From Candidatus Methanophagaceae archaeon (GTDB taxonomy: Archaea; Halobacteriota; Syntropharchaeia; Alkanophagales; Methanospirareceae), in NCBI GenBank assembly GCA_003194425.1, contig PQXB01000001.1, forward strand, positions 850,444 through 882,443: a stretch of DNA of 32,000 nucleotides. The letters are read 5' to 3'. Below, one piece after another: positions 6,961 through 15,589 of this stretch (its first letter is position 1; every line of letters begins with the position of its first letter). The notes below the pieces were generated by a model. That model saw only the letters and a program-made list of their open reading frames with translations. It had not been told where the DNA came from and searched no databases. The translations under genes and the position numbers were made by a program.

Positions 6961-8520
6961 ATGAAAGCAGAGAAGAGGAAAAAGGCGGAGGAGGAAGAGA
7001 AGCAGACGCAGGAGGGAGACCAGGCACGAGAGCAAGCACGAGAGCGGCAGGCGGTCTGGGAGTCGCTGCCTAAAGGAGAGGTCTACTACGCACCAACCGA
7101 CCCAGACGAGTTCTTTAATGGAATAAAATATGACATCTCGCCGAGGCAGTTCGGGCTGCGGGTGCGGAAACACGATATGTTCTGCGAGTTGGGCGGTCCG
7201 AGACACAGGTACAGCAGTTTCTTCTTCATAGAGGTAGTTGCAGACGCTGGCGAGCAGAACGCTGACGGGAACGGGCAGAAAATAAAAATAGAAGACGGGC
7301 GAGTGGAGGTGGTGGGACCTGAGATAAACGAAATCGAAGGGCAGTCGCTCCCGTTTGGGTTTTGGGTGCGGTACTCTGGGAAGGAACTGACCGAGGACTA
7401 CCTTGACCTGCTCACGAGGTGGACTTACTTCGCACTTGAGGAGGGCGAGGGCTGGATGCTTCTTAACACCCGCGACACGATTTGGCTGCGACTGCATAAA
7501 AAGTACGCGGCTAAGCACGACTTCAAGCACCTCGGTCAGGCGATGCTGAACCTCTGCAAGATTCAGTTCCCACTCGTCGAGAAGGCGGAGGTGAAGATTC
7601 TCGTGGCGACCGAGGAGCTGGGCGGTGCGAAACTGACGCGGGAGATTGTGGAGCGTGTTTGCAAGCCGTACTGGGAGCGGGTGGACGAGAGTGCGCGGAA
7701 GTTCTCGGACGAGGACGCGGACACTTTCTACGGCTGCACGATTTGCCAAACCTTCGCACCGAGCCACGTCTGCGTCGTCGCGCCGGACAGACCGCCGTAC
7801 TGCGGAATTATTACTTGGATCGGTGCAAAAGTGATGTGCGACCTCGACCCGTACGGCTACATTTTCGAGATGCCACTCGGCGAGTGCGTCGACAGGTGGG
7901 GCGGGGAGTACACGGGCGTGAACGAGAAGATCTACGAGAAGTCGAACCGGACTTACAAGCGAGTGGTGATGTATTCGGCGGTGACCTACCCGCAGACGAA
8001 TTGCGGCTGTTTCGAGGCTGCGATCTTTTACATCCCCGCGGTCGACGGGCTGGGGCTGGTAGACCGGCGGTACAGCGGCGAGACGCCGTTGGGAATGACT
8101 TTCTCGCGGCTCGCAGGACTCATTAGCGGCGGGCAGCAGAACCACGGCTACTGCGGGATTTCGTTCAGAAGCCCGAGCTCGCGGAAGTTCGTCCGTGCCG
8201 ACGGCGGGTGGCGGCGCGTCGTCTGGATGCCGAAGGAGTACAAGCAGTCGCTCACAGAGTTCATTCCAGCAGAGCTGCAGGAGAAAATCGCGACCGAAGA
8301 GGACTGCGTTGAGCCGAGCGAGTTGAAAGCGTTTCTGAAGCGCGTGGGACACCCTGTCGTGACGTTGTGGAAGAAAAAGGGTGGTGAGGGCGGTGAAGAC
8401 GGTGAGGAGCTAGAACCCGAGCCTCTACAGGTCCCGACGCCAAATTCGGACTGGGACGCGGAGGCGGAGCGGGCGGCGCGGGAGAAGGGACGGAGGTTGC
8501 AGAGCTGGTTGCAGAGCTGA
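6961..8520 (+). CDS. cdhC: Acetyl-CoA decarbonylase/synthase complex subunit beta (CdhC/AcsB-type A-cluster subunit)
   Basis: ISPRQFGLRVRKHDMFCELGGP ... FYGCTICQTFAPSHVCVVAPDRPPYCGIITW ... TNCGCFEAAIFYIPAVDGLGLVDRRY ... ADGGWRRVVWMPKEYK parallels methanogen CdhC almost block for block, from memory of the M. thermophila sequence. It has an extra charged N-terminal region of about 55 aa. No other cdh genes are adjacent. Confidence 0.85.
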   Translation: MKAEKRKKAEEEEKQTQEGDQAREQARERQAVWESLPKGEVYYAPTDPDEFFNGIKYDISPRQFGLRVRKHDMFCELGGPRHRYSSFFFIEVVADAGEQNADGNGQKIKIEDGRVEVVGPEINEIEGQSLPFGFWVRYSGKELTEDYLDLLTRWTYFALEEGEGWMLLNTRDTIWLRLHKKYAAKHDFKHLGQAMLNLCKIQFPLVEKAEVKILVATEELGGAKLTREIVERVCKPYWERVDESARKFSDEDADTFYGCTICQTFAPSHVCVVAPDRPPYCGIITWIGAKVMCDLDPYGYIFEMPLGECVDRWGGEYTGVNEKIYEKSNRTYKRVVMYSAVTYPQTNCGCFEAAIFYIPAVDGLGLVDRRYSGETPLGMTFSRLAGLISGGQQNHGYCGISFRSPSSRKFVRADGGWRRVVWMPKEYKQSLTEFIPAELQEKIATEEDCVEPSELKAFLKRVGHPVVTLWKKKGGEGGEDGEELEPEPLQVPTPNSDWDAEAERAAREKGRRLQSWLQS

Positions 8521-8556
8521 GAGAGCTGAGGTTACAGAGCTGAGAGAGCTGAGGTG
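8497..8556. repeat. Tandem duplication (about 22-23 bp x2, CAGAGCTGAGAGAGCTGAGGT, plus a partial third copy) spanning the cdhC stop and the rad50-like start
   Basis: Read directly: TGCAGAGCTGGT TGCAGAGCTGAGAGAGCTGAGGT TACAGAGCTGAGAGAGCTGAGGT GG. Confidence 0.8.
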
Positions 8557-11337
8557 GAAATGATTCTGAAGACGCTGGCGCTGCGGAATTACCGAAAATA
8601 TAAGGACGCGAATTTGGAGTTCCCGGACGGCGTTCTCGGAATTGTGGGGCTGAACGGCGTAGGGAAAACAACGCTCGTAGAGGCGGTCGGCTGGGCTTTG
8701 TTCGGTCACCACGCGGCTCGGACGACGAAAGAGCTCATAAAACGCGAAGGGGCGTCGCCGCACGAGGTTTGCAGTGTCGCTTTAGAATTCGAGTTAGAGG
8801 GCGACAGCTACAAGGTGGTGCGGAAAATGGCGGGCAGGAATTTAGTGCCAAAAGCGAGCCTCGTCGTGAACGGGCGACTCGAAACAAACAACCCTGACAC
8901 GGTCACGAAAGTCGTAGAAGAGCGAATGGGAATGGACTACAAATCTTTCTTCACCTCGGTCTTCGCAAGGCAGAAGGAGTTGAACGCACTCTCCTCGATG
9001 AAGGCGGCGGAACGGAAACGGCTCGTGCTTCGAATGCTCGGCATTGAACAGGTGGAGAAGGGAGTGCAAGCGGTGAGAGAGGACAGACGCGGGAGAGAAA
9101 AGAAGGTAGAGGGGCTGAAGGCGGCAACCGTTGACAGAGAGGGTAGAGTGAAAGCAAAGGTGCTCGTGGGTGAGCGAGAGGAGTTGGAGAAGGCGAAAGA
9201 GAGGCTCTTACCGCTTCTAAAAAAGACCGAAGCCGCTGGAGTAGCGAAGGAGAGGGAGTTGGCGGAGGCGAAGCAGGAGTTGGAGGCTGCCACGAGGAAG
9301 TACGAAAAATTTGTGGCGTTGAGCAGTGAGTTGACTGAGCGGAGGAGCGTGTTAGAGAACACTAGGGAGCGGAGGGGAGAGAAAGAGCGAGAATTGGAGG
9401 GGTTGGCGGAGAAGAGGAGGCGGCTTGAAGGGCTTGAGGGGAAGGAGGAGGAATATTTTAGGTTGGGTGCGCGGAAGGAGAGGCTGGACGCGGTGCGAGA
9501 AGAGTACCGGCGGAAGCAGGAACTGCTGAAGAGCGAGCGGAAGACAAGGCAGGAAATAACGAGGCGGAAGGGAAAAATAAGCGGGCTGAAGGAGAGTGTG
9601 GCGGGGTTTGAGGGCGTCGAGGAGGCTTTTGCGTCGCAGGTTCGGCTGCGCGGAGAACTGGAGGCGGCGAGGGAGAAATACCAGCGAAAGAGGGAGTTAG
9701 AGAGGCGAGAAGAGCGGACACGACAGGAGGTAAAGGAAAGAGTAGAGAGGACGAAGCGGTTAGAAGAGGCGTGGCAGGGGTTTGTGGCTCTTGAAGTTGA
9801 AGAGCGGGTGGAGGAAGTGAAGCGTGAGGTCGAAGGGCTAAAGAGGGAGCGGGAGCGTGTTCTTTCTTCGCTCGGCGCTCTTAAATCCGCGGTGGCACAG
9901 AACGAGCGGGAGATTGAAGAGGCGAGAGAGAAGTGGCAGAAGGTCGCAGAGTTGGGTCCAGAGGGCGAGTGTCCGCTCTGCGAGCGGGAGTTGGGGCCGC
10001 ACTACGAGGTGCTGAAAAAGAAGTTGTGTGCAGAGTTAAAAACGAAAACAGAGCGTTCAGATTTGCTCTCTGAAGAGCGCAGGCAGAGAGAGGCGGAACT
10101 TGCTTCAAAGGAACGAGAGGAGACTTTGCTTGAAAAGAAGGTCAGGGAGTTGGAACGCGGCGTAGCCAAGAAGCGAGAGTTAGCGTTAAAAAAAGAGAAA
10201 GAGGCAGCGGAGTTAAGAGTGTGGAGGGAGGAGTTAGAGCGGTTAGAAACGGATTTGAAGCCTCTTGCAGGCGTGGAATTTAACGAGGGCGACTACAAAG
10301 AAGTTGTTTTGAAGTTGGGCGAGTTTGAAGACCGAGTTAGGCAGAAGAAGGATTTAGAGCAGACGGTAAGGTACGAAGAGGGTGAGTTGGAGCGGTGGAA
10401 GAAAGAATTAGAGCAGTTAAAAAGAGATTTAACGCTGCTTAGAGAGGTAGAATTTGACGAGCGTGAGTACAAGGGTGTTGTTTCTGGTTTGAAGAATCTT
10501 GAGCAGGTGTACGAGGAAATAATCGGGTTGCGGGCGGAGGTCGGAAGAATTGGCGAGGTGAGCGGCAGTCTGGGGCGGTTAAGCAAGTTGGAAGGGTGTG
10601 TTGCGGAGAGCGTGGCAGCGTTGGAGCGGCAAGTGGCGGAACTGGGGTTTGAGAAGACCGCGTACGAGGAGTTGAAGGCAAGGCACGAGCGGAGGCGGGA
10701 GGAATTGAGCGAGTTGGAGAAGGAGCATTTGAGGAAGAAGAACGAGTTCGAGAATGTGTGCAGGGAGGAGGAGCGAGTGTTGGACAAAATAGAGGAGCAG
10801 AGGTGGTTGCTGGCGGAGAAAGAGAAGGAGGAGACCGAGATAATGTATTTCCGCCTGTTGGAGCGGTTAATGAGCGATTTCAAGGTGCATTTGGTTGGCA
10901 GGATTCGCCCGATGCTCTCTGATTACGCGTCTGAGATGCTTGGAAAGATGACGGACGGAAAATACAGCAAGTTGGAGTTGGACGAGAACTACGATGTTTT
11001 TATTTACGACGAGGGCACACCTTACGAGTTGAGCAGGTTCTCGGGCGGCGAGGAGGACTTGGCGAACCTCTGCCTGCGGCTTGCGATTTCCGCAGTCGTC
11101 GCAGAGAGGAGTGCGATTCAGACAAATTTTATTATTCTCGACGAGATTTTCGGGTCGCAGGACGCTCTTCGGAAACGGAATATTATTACGGCGTTGAACG
11201 AGCTCTCGAAGAAGTTTCGGCAGATATTTCTGATTACGCACATCGAGGAGGTGAAGGATTTTATGGAACACGTGCTGCAGGTGACGGAGGACGAGGCGGG
11301 GGTGAGCTGGGTGGGCGCGGGAAGGGGAGGGGTGTAG
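8554..11337 (+). CDS. rad50: Rad50/SbcC-like SMC-family ATPase with central CxxC zinc hook
   Basis: Walker A is GLNGVGKTT. The Q-loop-like segment is VFARQKEL. The middle is about 600 aa of heptad-rich E/K/R/L coiled coil, with GECPLCERELGPHY (C-P-L-C at 9970-9981) at its centre. The signature is FSGGEEDLANLCLRLAIS, Walker B is FIILDEIFGSQD, and the H-loop is LITHIEE. The probable true start is ATG 8560 (MILKTLALRNYRKY). Confidence 0.8.
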   Translation: MEMILKTLALRNYRKYKDANLEFPDGVLGIVGLNGVGKTTLVEAVGWALFGHHAARTTKELIKREGASPHEVCSVALEFELEGDSYKVVRKMAGRNLVPKASLVVNGRLETNNPDTVTKVVEERMGMDYKSFFTSVFARQKELNALSSMKAAERKRLVLRMLGIEQVEKGVQAVREDRRGREKKVEGLKAATVDREGRVKAKVLVGEREELEKAKERLLPLLKKTEAAGVAKERELAEAKQELEAATRKYEKFVALSSELTERRSVLENTRERRGEKERELEGLAEKRRRLEGLEGKEEEYFRLGARKERLDAVREEYRRKQELLKSERKTRQEITRRKGKISGLKESVAGFEGVEEAFASQVRLRGELEAAREKYQRKRELERREERTRQEVKERVERTKRLEEAWQGFVALEVEERVEEVKREVEGLKRERERVLSSLGALKSAVAQNEREIEEAREKWQKVAELGPEGECPLCERELGPHYEVLKKKLCAELKTKTERSDLLSEERRQREAELASKEREETLLEKKVRELERGVAKKRELALKKEKEAAELRVWREELERLETDLKPLAGVEFNEGDYKEVVLKLGEFEDRVRQKKDLEQTVRYEEGELERWKKELEQLKRDLTLLREVEFDEREYKGVVSGLKNLEQVYEEIIGLRAEVGRIGEVSGSLGRLSKLEGCVAESVAALERQVAELGFEKTAYEELKARHERRREELSELEKEHLRKKNEFENVCREEERVLDKIEEQRWLLAEKEKEETEIMYFRLLERLMSDFKVHLVGRIRPMLSDYASEMLGKMTDGKYSKLELDENYDVFIYDEGTPYELSRFSGGEEDLANLCLRLAISAVVAERSAIQTNFIILDEIFGSQDALRKRNIITALNELSKKFRQIFLITHIEEVKDFMEHVLQVTEDEAGVSWVGAGRGGV

Positions 11338-11438
11338 AGTAAAGTTCGTGAGTTCAAGAGGAGTTACAAGATATAACTTATGTAATCTGATTATAAATAC
11401 TTTTCATTTTGAATAAGAGGCGTATTTCAATTAGTGGA

Positions 11439-12054
11439 TCATTGTTGATCTTGATCACTTTTATTTTTCGTCCATAAAACCACTCTTAACCTTTCATAAA
11501 TTTTCCCAAAAATACAATTTAAAGGAAAATAAGGGTCTATTTTATAATCCAAGCCAAATTTTTCTATGAACTCTTTCCACTCTTTTTTGGTGAAATAACT
11601 TATTCCATTATCCTCTAAAATCAATTTTGATAGGAATCGTTTACCATACCAACTCTCTTTGTTTAGGACTGTAATGTCATCTATTAAAACATTCTTACGT
11701 GCTACCCGCATCATCTCTTTTACCGCTTGATACGGGTCAACGATGTGATGCAGAACCCCATTTGCCGCAACATGATCAAATGAGTTATTTTTGAATGGAA
11801 GAGACCCCGCCACACAGATTACATTATGTTCTGGAGACCTACCCTTTTGAATCGAGTATTTTAGCATAGAAACATTGTACGACATTTCCGGTGCCAGAAC
11901 CGATGTCTAAAAATGTTTCGTTTGATTTTATGTTACCAAGTGCAATCATAACTAAACATTTACGGAAAAATGAGACGATTCGATTATCGGTTAAGATGAA
12001 CTTTTCGTATTCTTCGGGATTCTCATATTATTTATTTTTTATTATTTCTGTCAT
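11439..12054 (-). pseudogene. Class I SAM-dependent methyltransferase, disrupted (in-frame TAA after codon 8 plus a 1-nt frameshift near 11842-11849)
   Basis: Hand translation of the minus strand gives ATG (12054) TEIIKNK-TAA-YENPEEYEKFILTDNRIVSFFRKCLVMIALGNIKSNETFLDIGSGTGNVVQCFYAKILDSKG-stop. The tracked ORF (11439..11885) continues in the next frame as RSPEHNVICVAGSLPFKNNSFDHV...RVARKNVLIDD. Removing one base from the AAAAGGG run restores one frame. The span is 616 nt, not a multiple of 3. Confidence 0.55.
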
Positions 12055-12057
12055 TAA

Positions 12058-12426
12058 TTATCCCTTTATGTAAAATCCAATTATGCACACACCAATCGTT
12101 ATTAAAATTACCCCCACCCACGCACCTCTGCTAAATGGTTCTCCCAACAAAGCATTGCTCATTAAAACAACCAAAGGATAACTTAAACTTAAAAAAGGAT
12201 ACGCATAGCTCACTCGAACGTTTGAAAGAACATACAGCCACAAAATAAAACTTATTACATATAACACTACACCAGCTAAAAAATACACATTCCCGATAAG
12301 TGATTGAATTGTTGCGATGCTGATTAATGGCATATTTTTAGGAATCTCACTCACCCCAAACTTTAATAAAACTTGACCTACTGCAACGATGAATACGCAC
12401 AATAATATACAGATTAAATTTTTCAT
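12058..12426 (-). CDS. Small four-helix EamA/SMR-like membrane protein (ArnE/ArnF-like putative lipid-linked sugar flippase subunit)
   Basis: 122 aa with four hydrophobic helices. The pattern GQVLLKFG...LYVLSNVRVSYAYPFLSLSYPLVVLMSNALLGEPFS...GVILITIGV is typical of single EamA-domain proteins found next to GT-C transferases. The function is an inference. Confidence 0.6.
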   Translation of the reverse strand: MKNLICILLCVFIVAVGQVLLKFGVSEIPKNMPLISIATIQSLIGNVYFLAGVVLYVISFILWLYVLSNVRVSYAYPFLSLSYPLVVLMSNALLGEPFSRGAWVGVILITIGVCIIGFYIKG

Positions 12427-12446
12427 TTTTTAGCTTAGCCTCTCCT

Positions 12447-13037
12447 TTAGCCACTCTTTTTACACACCACAACATAATGAGCATATAAAAGATTTGGAAT
12501 ATTTTTTACAAATTCAGTCACAAAACCGTTCTCTTCTAACAATTTTGTCATCTCTTCTTTTGGAACATAATACATCTCCAAAGATCGTGTCATAATAAAG
12601 TCATGCACATAATTCCAAAGATATTTGTAGAGGGGTTTGTCGTTCATATCCTTCACAATTAGACGCCCGTTCTCTTTTAAGAGTTCGTTTATTTTCTTAA
12701 ATATTGCAAGATGGTCTTTTTTAGGAATGTGATGTATTAAATCCAAGCAGGTTATTACATCGTATCTCTTGTTGGCGGAAAAACATGTAATATCCGCACA
12801 AGCGAAATTCAAATTTGAGTTAGCTGCAACCCTGTTATTTGCGGCATTAACTCTCTTTTTGTCCTTTTCTATTCCTGTTATCTTCAGTTTCGGTCTTTCT
12901 TTTGATAAGATAAAGCAGAATGTTCCGTATCCACTGCCTATGTCAAGAAGTTCTCCTGCTTTTTTAGGAACATTTTCGATTATTTTCTCGAACGGACATA
13001 TTATCGAGCGGAGCCTGTCGTATAATTTTGGATGCAT
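12447..13037 (-). CDS. Class I SAM-dependent methyltransferase
   Basis: Motif I is LLDIGSGYGTF. An acidic post-I residue is present (ITGIEKD). Motifs DVITCLDLIHHI and ENGRLIVKD are also present. Confidence 0.8.
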   Translation of the reverse strand: MHPKLYDRLRSIICPFEKIIENVPKKAGELLDIGSGYGTFCFILSKERPKLKITGIEKDKKRVNAANNRVAANSNLNFACADITCFSANKRYDVITCLDLIHHIPKKDHLAIFKKINELLKENGRLIVKDMNDKPLYKYLWNYVHDFIMTRSLEMYYVPKEEMTKLLEENGFVTEFVKNIPNLLYAHYVVVCKKSG

Positions 13038-13038
13038 G

Positions 13039-14505
13039 TTAATCTCCTATAAAGTTTCCGATGAGAGTCATAATTTTACTCAACCAAAAATATGTTGAAT
13101 AGTACCAACTCGCAATTAAAACTACAGTCAATAAGAGAAATATTATTATCTTTCTTCTCGTCTTGGAATTTCCTAATCTGATTTCAGATCGAACTCTATT
13201 TATCGAACAAGCACCATAAGACGCAAAAATAATTAGGAAAGGCATAATTTGCAAATGATATCTAACTTCTGCGAGTATAAGTGAATGCATAAGTGTATAA
13301 TAAAATATCAATAAGATCAACAAATATGCTTTTCTATCCCATTTTTGATAAAACACGATTCCAAAGATGGCGAGGGGCAGCAATATAATATAGGGAAGAA
13401 CTGTTAATGGTGCTAATATTATAAATAACCATTTTGGGACAGGATTAATAAAACGATTTTCAAAATAATTAGCAAAAAACTTGTTTGGAATTCCCAAAAA
13501 ATAAGCAAATTTTTTAAGATCTAAACATAAAACAGAGATAGGTTTCTCTTTGATAAATTCAAAACCTTTTTTATAAAATAATCTGTCCCTCTCAACTTCG
13601 TTATGAGCCGTCATGTTTAGAGACTTATATGCCTTCGTTTTATTTTCCAAAGCACTACAAGCCATTCCCGTTGCATCGGGATTATTTCCAAGCCAAAAAC
13701 AATGTCCGCCATTTGTGCTCACGGGAACGAATTTATGATGCACATTATAATTCCTTACTGCCCACGGAGATACAACAACCATAATAATAACGAAAATCGC
13801 AATGAAATTCATCAAATTCTTCTTCATCTCTTTTGAGTCTTTTGAGGAGAGTTCTTTTGAAGAGAGTAAGAGCCAAAAAAGTATGAAAGGAATGAATCCC
13901 AGAATAATAGGTCTAACGAGCATTGCAAGACCTAAAGGTACACCAGCCATTAACAGATTTTTTAGCGATGCTTGCTCATAAACTTTTAATAAATATAAAA
14001 TTGATAAGCTAAGTAAAAATATAAATATTGTTTCGGTAAGTAGCAGACTAGAGAAGATGATAAAAGTAGGATAGACAGCAGCAATAAAGCCGGATATTAT
14101 GCCTATCTTTTTATTAAGGACTGTTTTTCCGAGGAAGTAGATCACGATGCAGGTAAGCGAACTGACAAACGCCTGGAATATGCAGGCTATTTGAGGGTTG
14201 TATCCAAAAAGAGAGTAAATAGCTGCGAGAAAGAACGGTTGCCCTGGTGGCCAATACGAGCTTGTACCGCCGCTATTTCCTCCGCCATATCCTTTTCCTT
14301 CTATGAGTCCAATGGCTAAGCTGTCGTAAGCGGTTGCATCGCCAATGACCACAGTAGGAAAAAGAATAACATAAAACAATCGGATAACCAAAGAGATTCC
14401 AAATATGAGAACTAGAACTTTCCACTCCTCTAATTCTCCTAAACGGTCTAAGAAATTTTTGATTTGTTCCCTTTTCACTACCCTTAGCCTTAGCCCAACA
14501 GACAT
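13039..14505 (-). CDS. GT-C superfamily glycosyltransferase (ArnT/PMT-like, GT39/GT83 type), polytopic membrane protein
   Basis: 488 aa with at least 10 predicted hydrophobic helices. The N-terminal loop has DATAYDSLAIGLIEGKGY...YWPPGQPFFLAAIYSLFG, characteristic of ArnT/dolichyl-phosphate-mannose transferase-like enzymes. Confidence 0.75.
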   Translation of the reverse strand: MSVGLRLRVVKREQIKNFLDRLGELEEWKVLVLIFGISLVIRLFYVILFPTVVIGDATAYDSLAIGLIEGKGYGGGNSGGTSSYWPPGQPFFLAAIYSLFGYNPQIACIFQAFVSSLTCIVIYFLGKTVLNKKIGIISGFIAAVYPTFIIFSSLLLTETIFIFLLSLSILYLLKVYEQASLKNLLMAGVPLGLAMLVRPIILGFIPFILFWLLLSSKELSSKDSKEMKKNLMNFIAIFVIIMVVVSPWAVRNYNVHHKFVPVSTNGGHCFWLGNNPDATGMACSALENKTKAYKSLNMTAHNEVERDRLFYKKGFEFIKEKPISVLCLDLKKFAYFLGIPNKFFANYFENRFINPVPKWLFIILAPLTVLPYIILLPLAIFGIVFYQKWDRKAYLLILLIFYYTLMHSLILAEVRYHLQIMPFLIIFASYGACSINRVRSEIRLGNSKTRRKIIIFLLLTVVLIASWYYSTYFWLSKIMTLIGNFIGD

Positions 14506-14507
14506 CC

Positions 14508-15417
14508 TTAATCCCCTCCTCCTGCACCCACAACCCCTACCCTAACCGCCGCCTCAGGAACAGCATAAAGAATCGCCACAACCAAAACCGCCCACGAGAC
14601 CAAGCACAAAACCATCCCTTTGTCCTTAAAAATCATCTCGGTCTCGCCACCGAAGTTCTCTGCGTGAACCAGAAATAAATACCTGAAAAGCCCGTAAATC
14701 GGAAACGGAATCGTGAGCATCAGGTAAATGTCGTCTGCGAGGAAAGTGTAGAGCGAGTAAGAAATTATCAGAGCAGCCGAAGAAATGCCGATCATTTGGT
14801 CGAGCATTTCAGTCGAATACGCTTCAAGAGTCCTGCGATGCCGCCTCGCTTCCTCCTCGCCGAGCAAGACCAGCTCGTGCCTCCGCTTACAGAGAGCCAA
14901 GAACAAGGCGAGCAGGAACGCACAAACAATTAGCCAAGGAGAGGCGAAGAGATTAATTGCCAGGCACCCCGCGATTGCACGAATGACAAAGCCGACCGAG
15001 ATGACCAAAAGATCAACGATGACGAAATATTTAAGAAACAGCGAATAGAGCAGGATTAAAAAGAGGTAGCAAACAGATATTACAAAAAACGATTTATTTA
15101 TTAAATACGACCCCCCCCCCCGCAAAAATAATCATAAGAAGAGCGAAGAACAACGCGTGCGACTTCTTCAACTTCCCAGAGGCAATTGGTCGCTTGCTCT
15201 TCGTCGGATGTTTCCTGTCCTGCTCGAAGTCTAAGATGTCGTTGAGGATGTATTCGCTTCCGGAGAGGAGGGAGAAGAGAGCGAAGGCGGCGAGAACATT
15301 GAGCCACATCTGGAAGTTCAGCAGGTTTACAGAGAAGACGATTCCGACGAATAAGATCAGGTTCTTGTACCACTGCTTCGGTCGCATCGCGGTTACGAGC
15401 TCTTTTAGCATTTTCAT
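14508..15417 (-). pseudogene. UbiA-family prenyltransferase resembling decaprenyl-phosphate phosphoribosyltransferase (DPPR synthase), split by a frameshift in a G11 homopolymer
   Basis: The N-terminal ORF has MRPKQWYKNLILF...NDILDFEQDRKHPTKSKRPIASGKL, the DPPR-synthase-type first Asp-rich motif. The C-terminal ORF (14508..15125) continues the family's transmembrane pattern. The two frames meet at C11 on the plus strand (15111-15121). With 10 G the reading ...IIFAGGGSYLINKSFF... is continuous, giving about 303 aa. Confidence 0.75.
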
Positions 15418-15436
15418 TACATCTATCCTTCTTCTT

Positions 15437-15589
15437 TTATTTATGTTCCACATCTACATTTATCTGCTCACTGACCTTCCCTTGAAGCTTCCTGTCAGCA
15501 GTAATCAACTTGTAATTCCCTTTTACTTTTGAAGTTATATTAACATAAATTGCGTCATAAAATGTTCTTCCAAATTTTCCCGTTTTATT
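15437..15589 (-). pseudogene. C-terminal remnant of a PIN-domain (VapC-like) toxin gene
   Basis: Hand translation gives NKTGKFGRTFYDAIYVNITSKVKGNYKLITADRKLQGKVSEQINVDVEHK-stop. The ...YDAIYV...LITADRKL pattern is the last conserved block of PIN domains. There is no start codon, and an upstream stop lies at 15590-15592. Confidence 0.4.

Noticed and set aside
6907-8352. 481-aa ORF on the minus strand, the longest unexplained ORF in the track
   Set aside because: It lies entirely antisense to the well-supported cdhC gene. Its sequence is R/L/P/H-rich with no recognisable motifs, which is typical of a shadow ORF in G+C-rich coding DNA.
11891-12073. 60-aa plus-strand ORF (also 12769..13098 and 14785..15048) in the A+T-rich cassette
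   Set aside because: These ORFs are antisense to better-supported minus-strand genes or pseudogene fragments, and they show no motifs.
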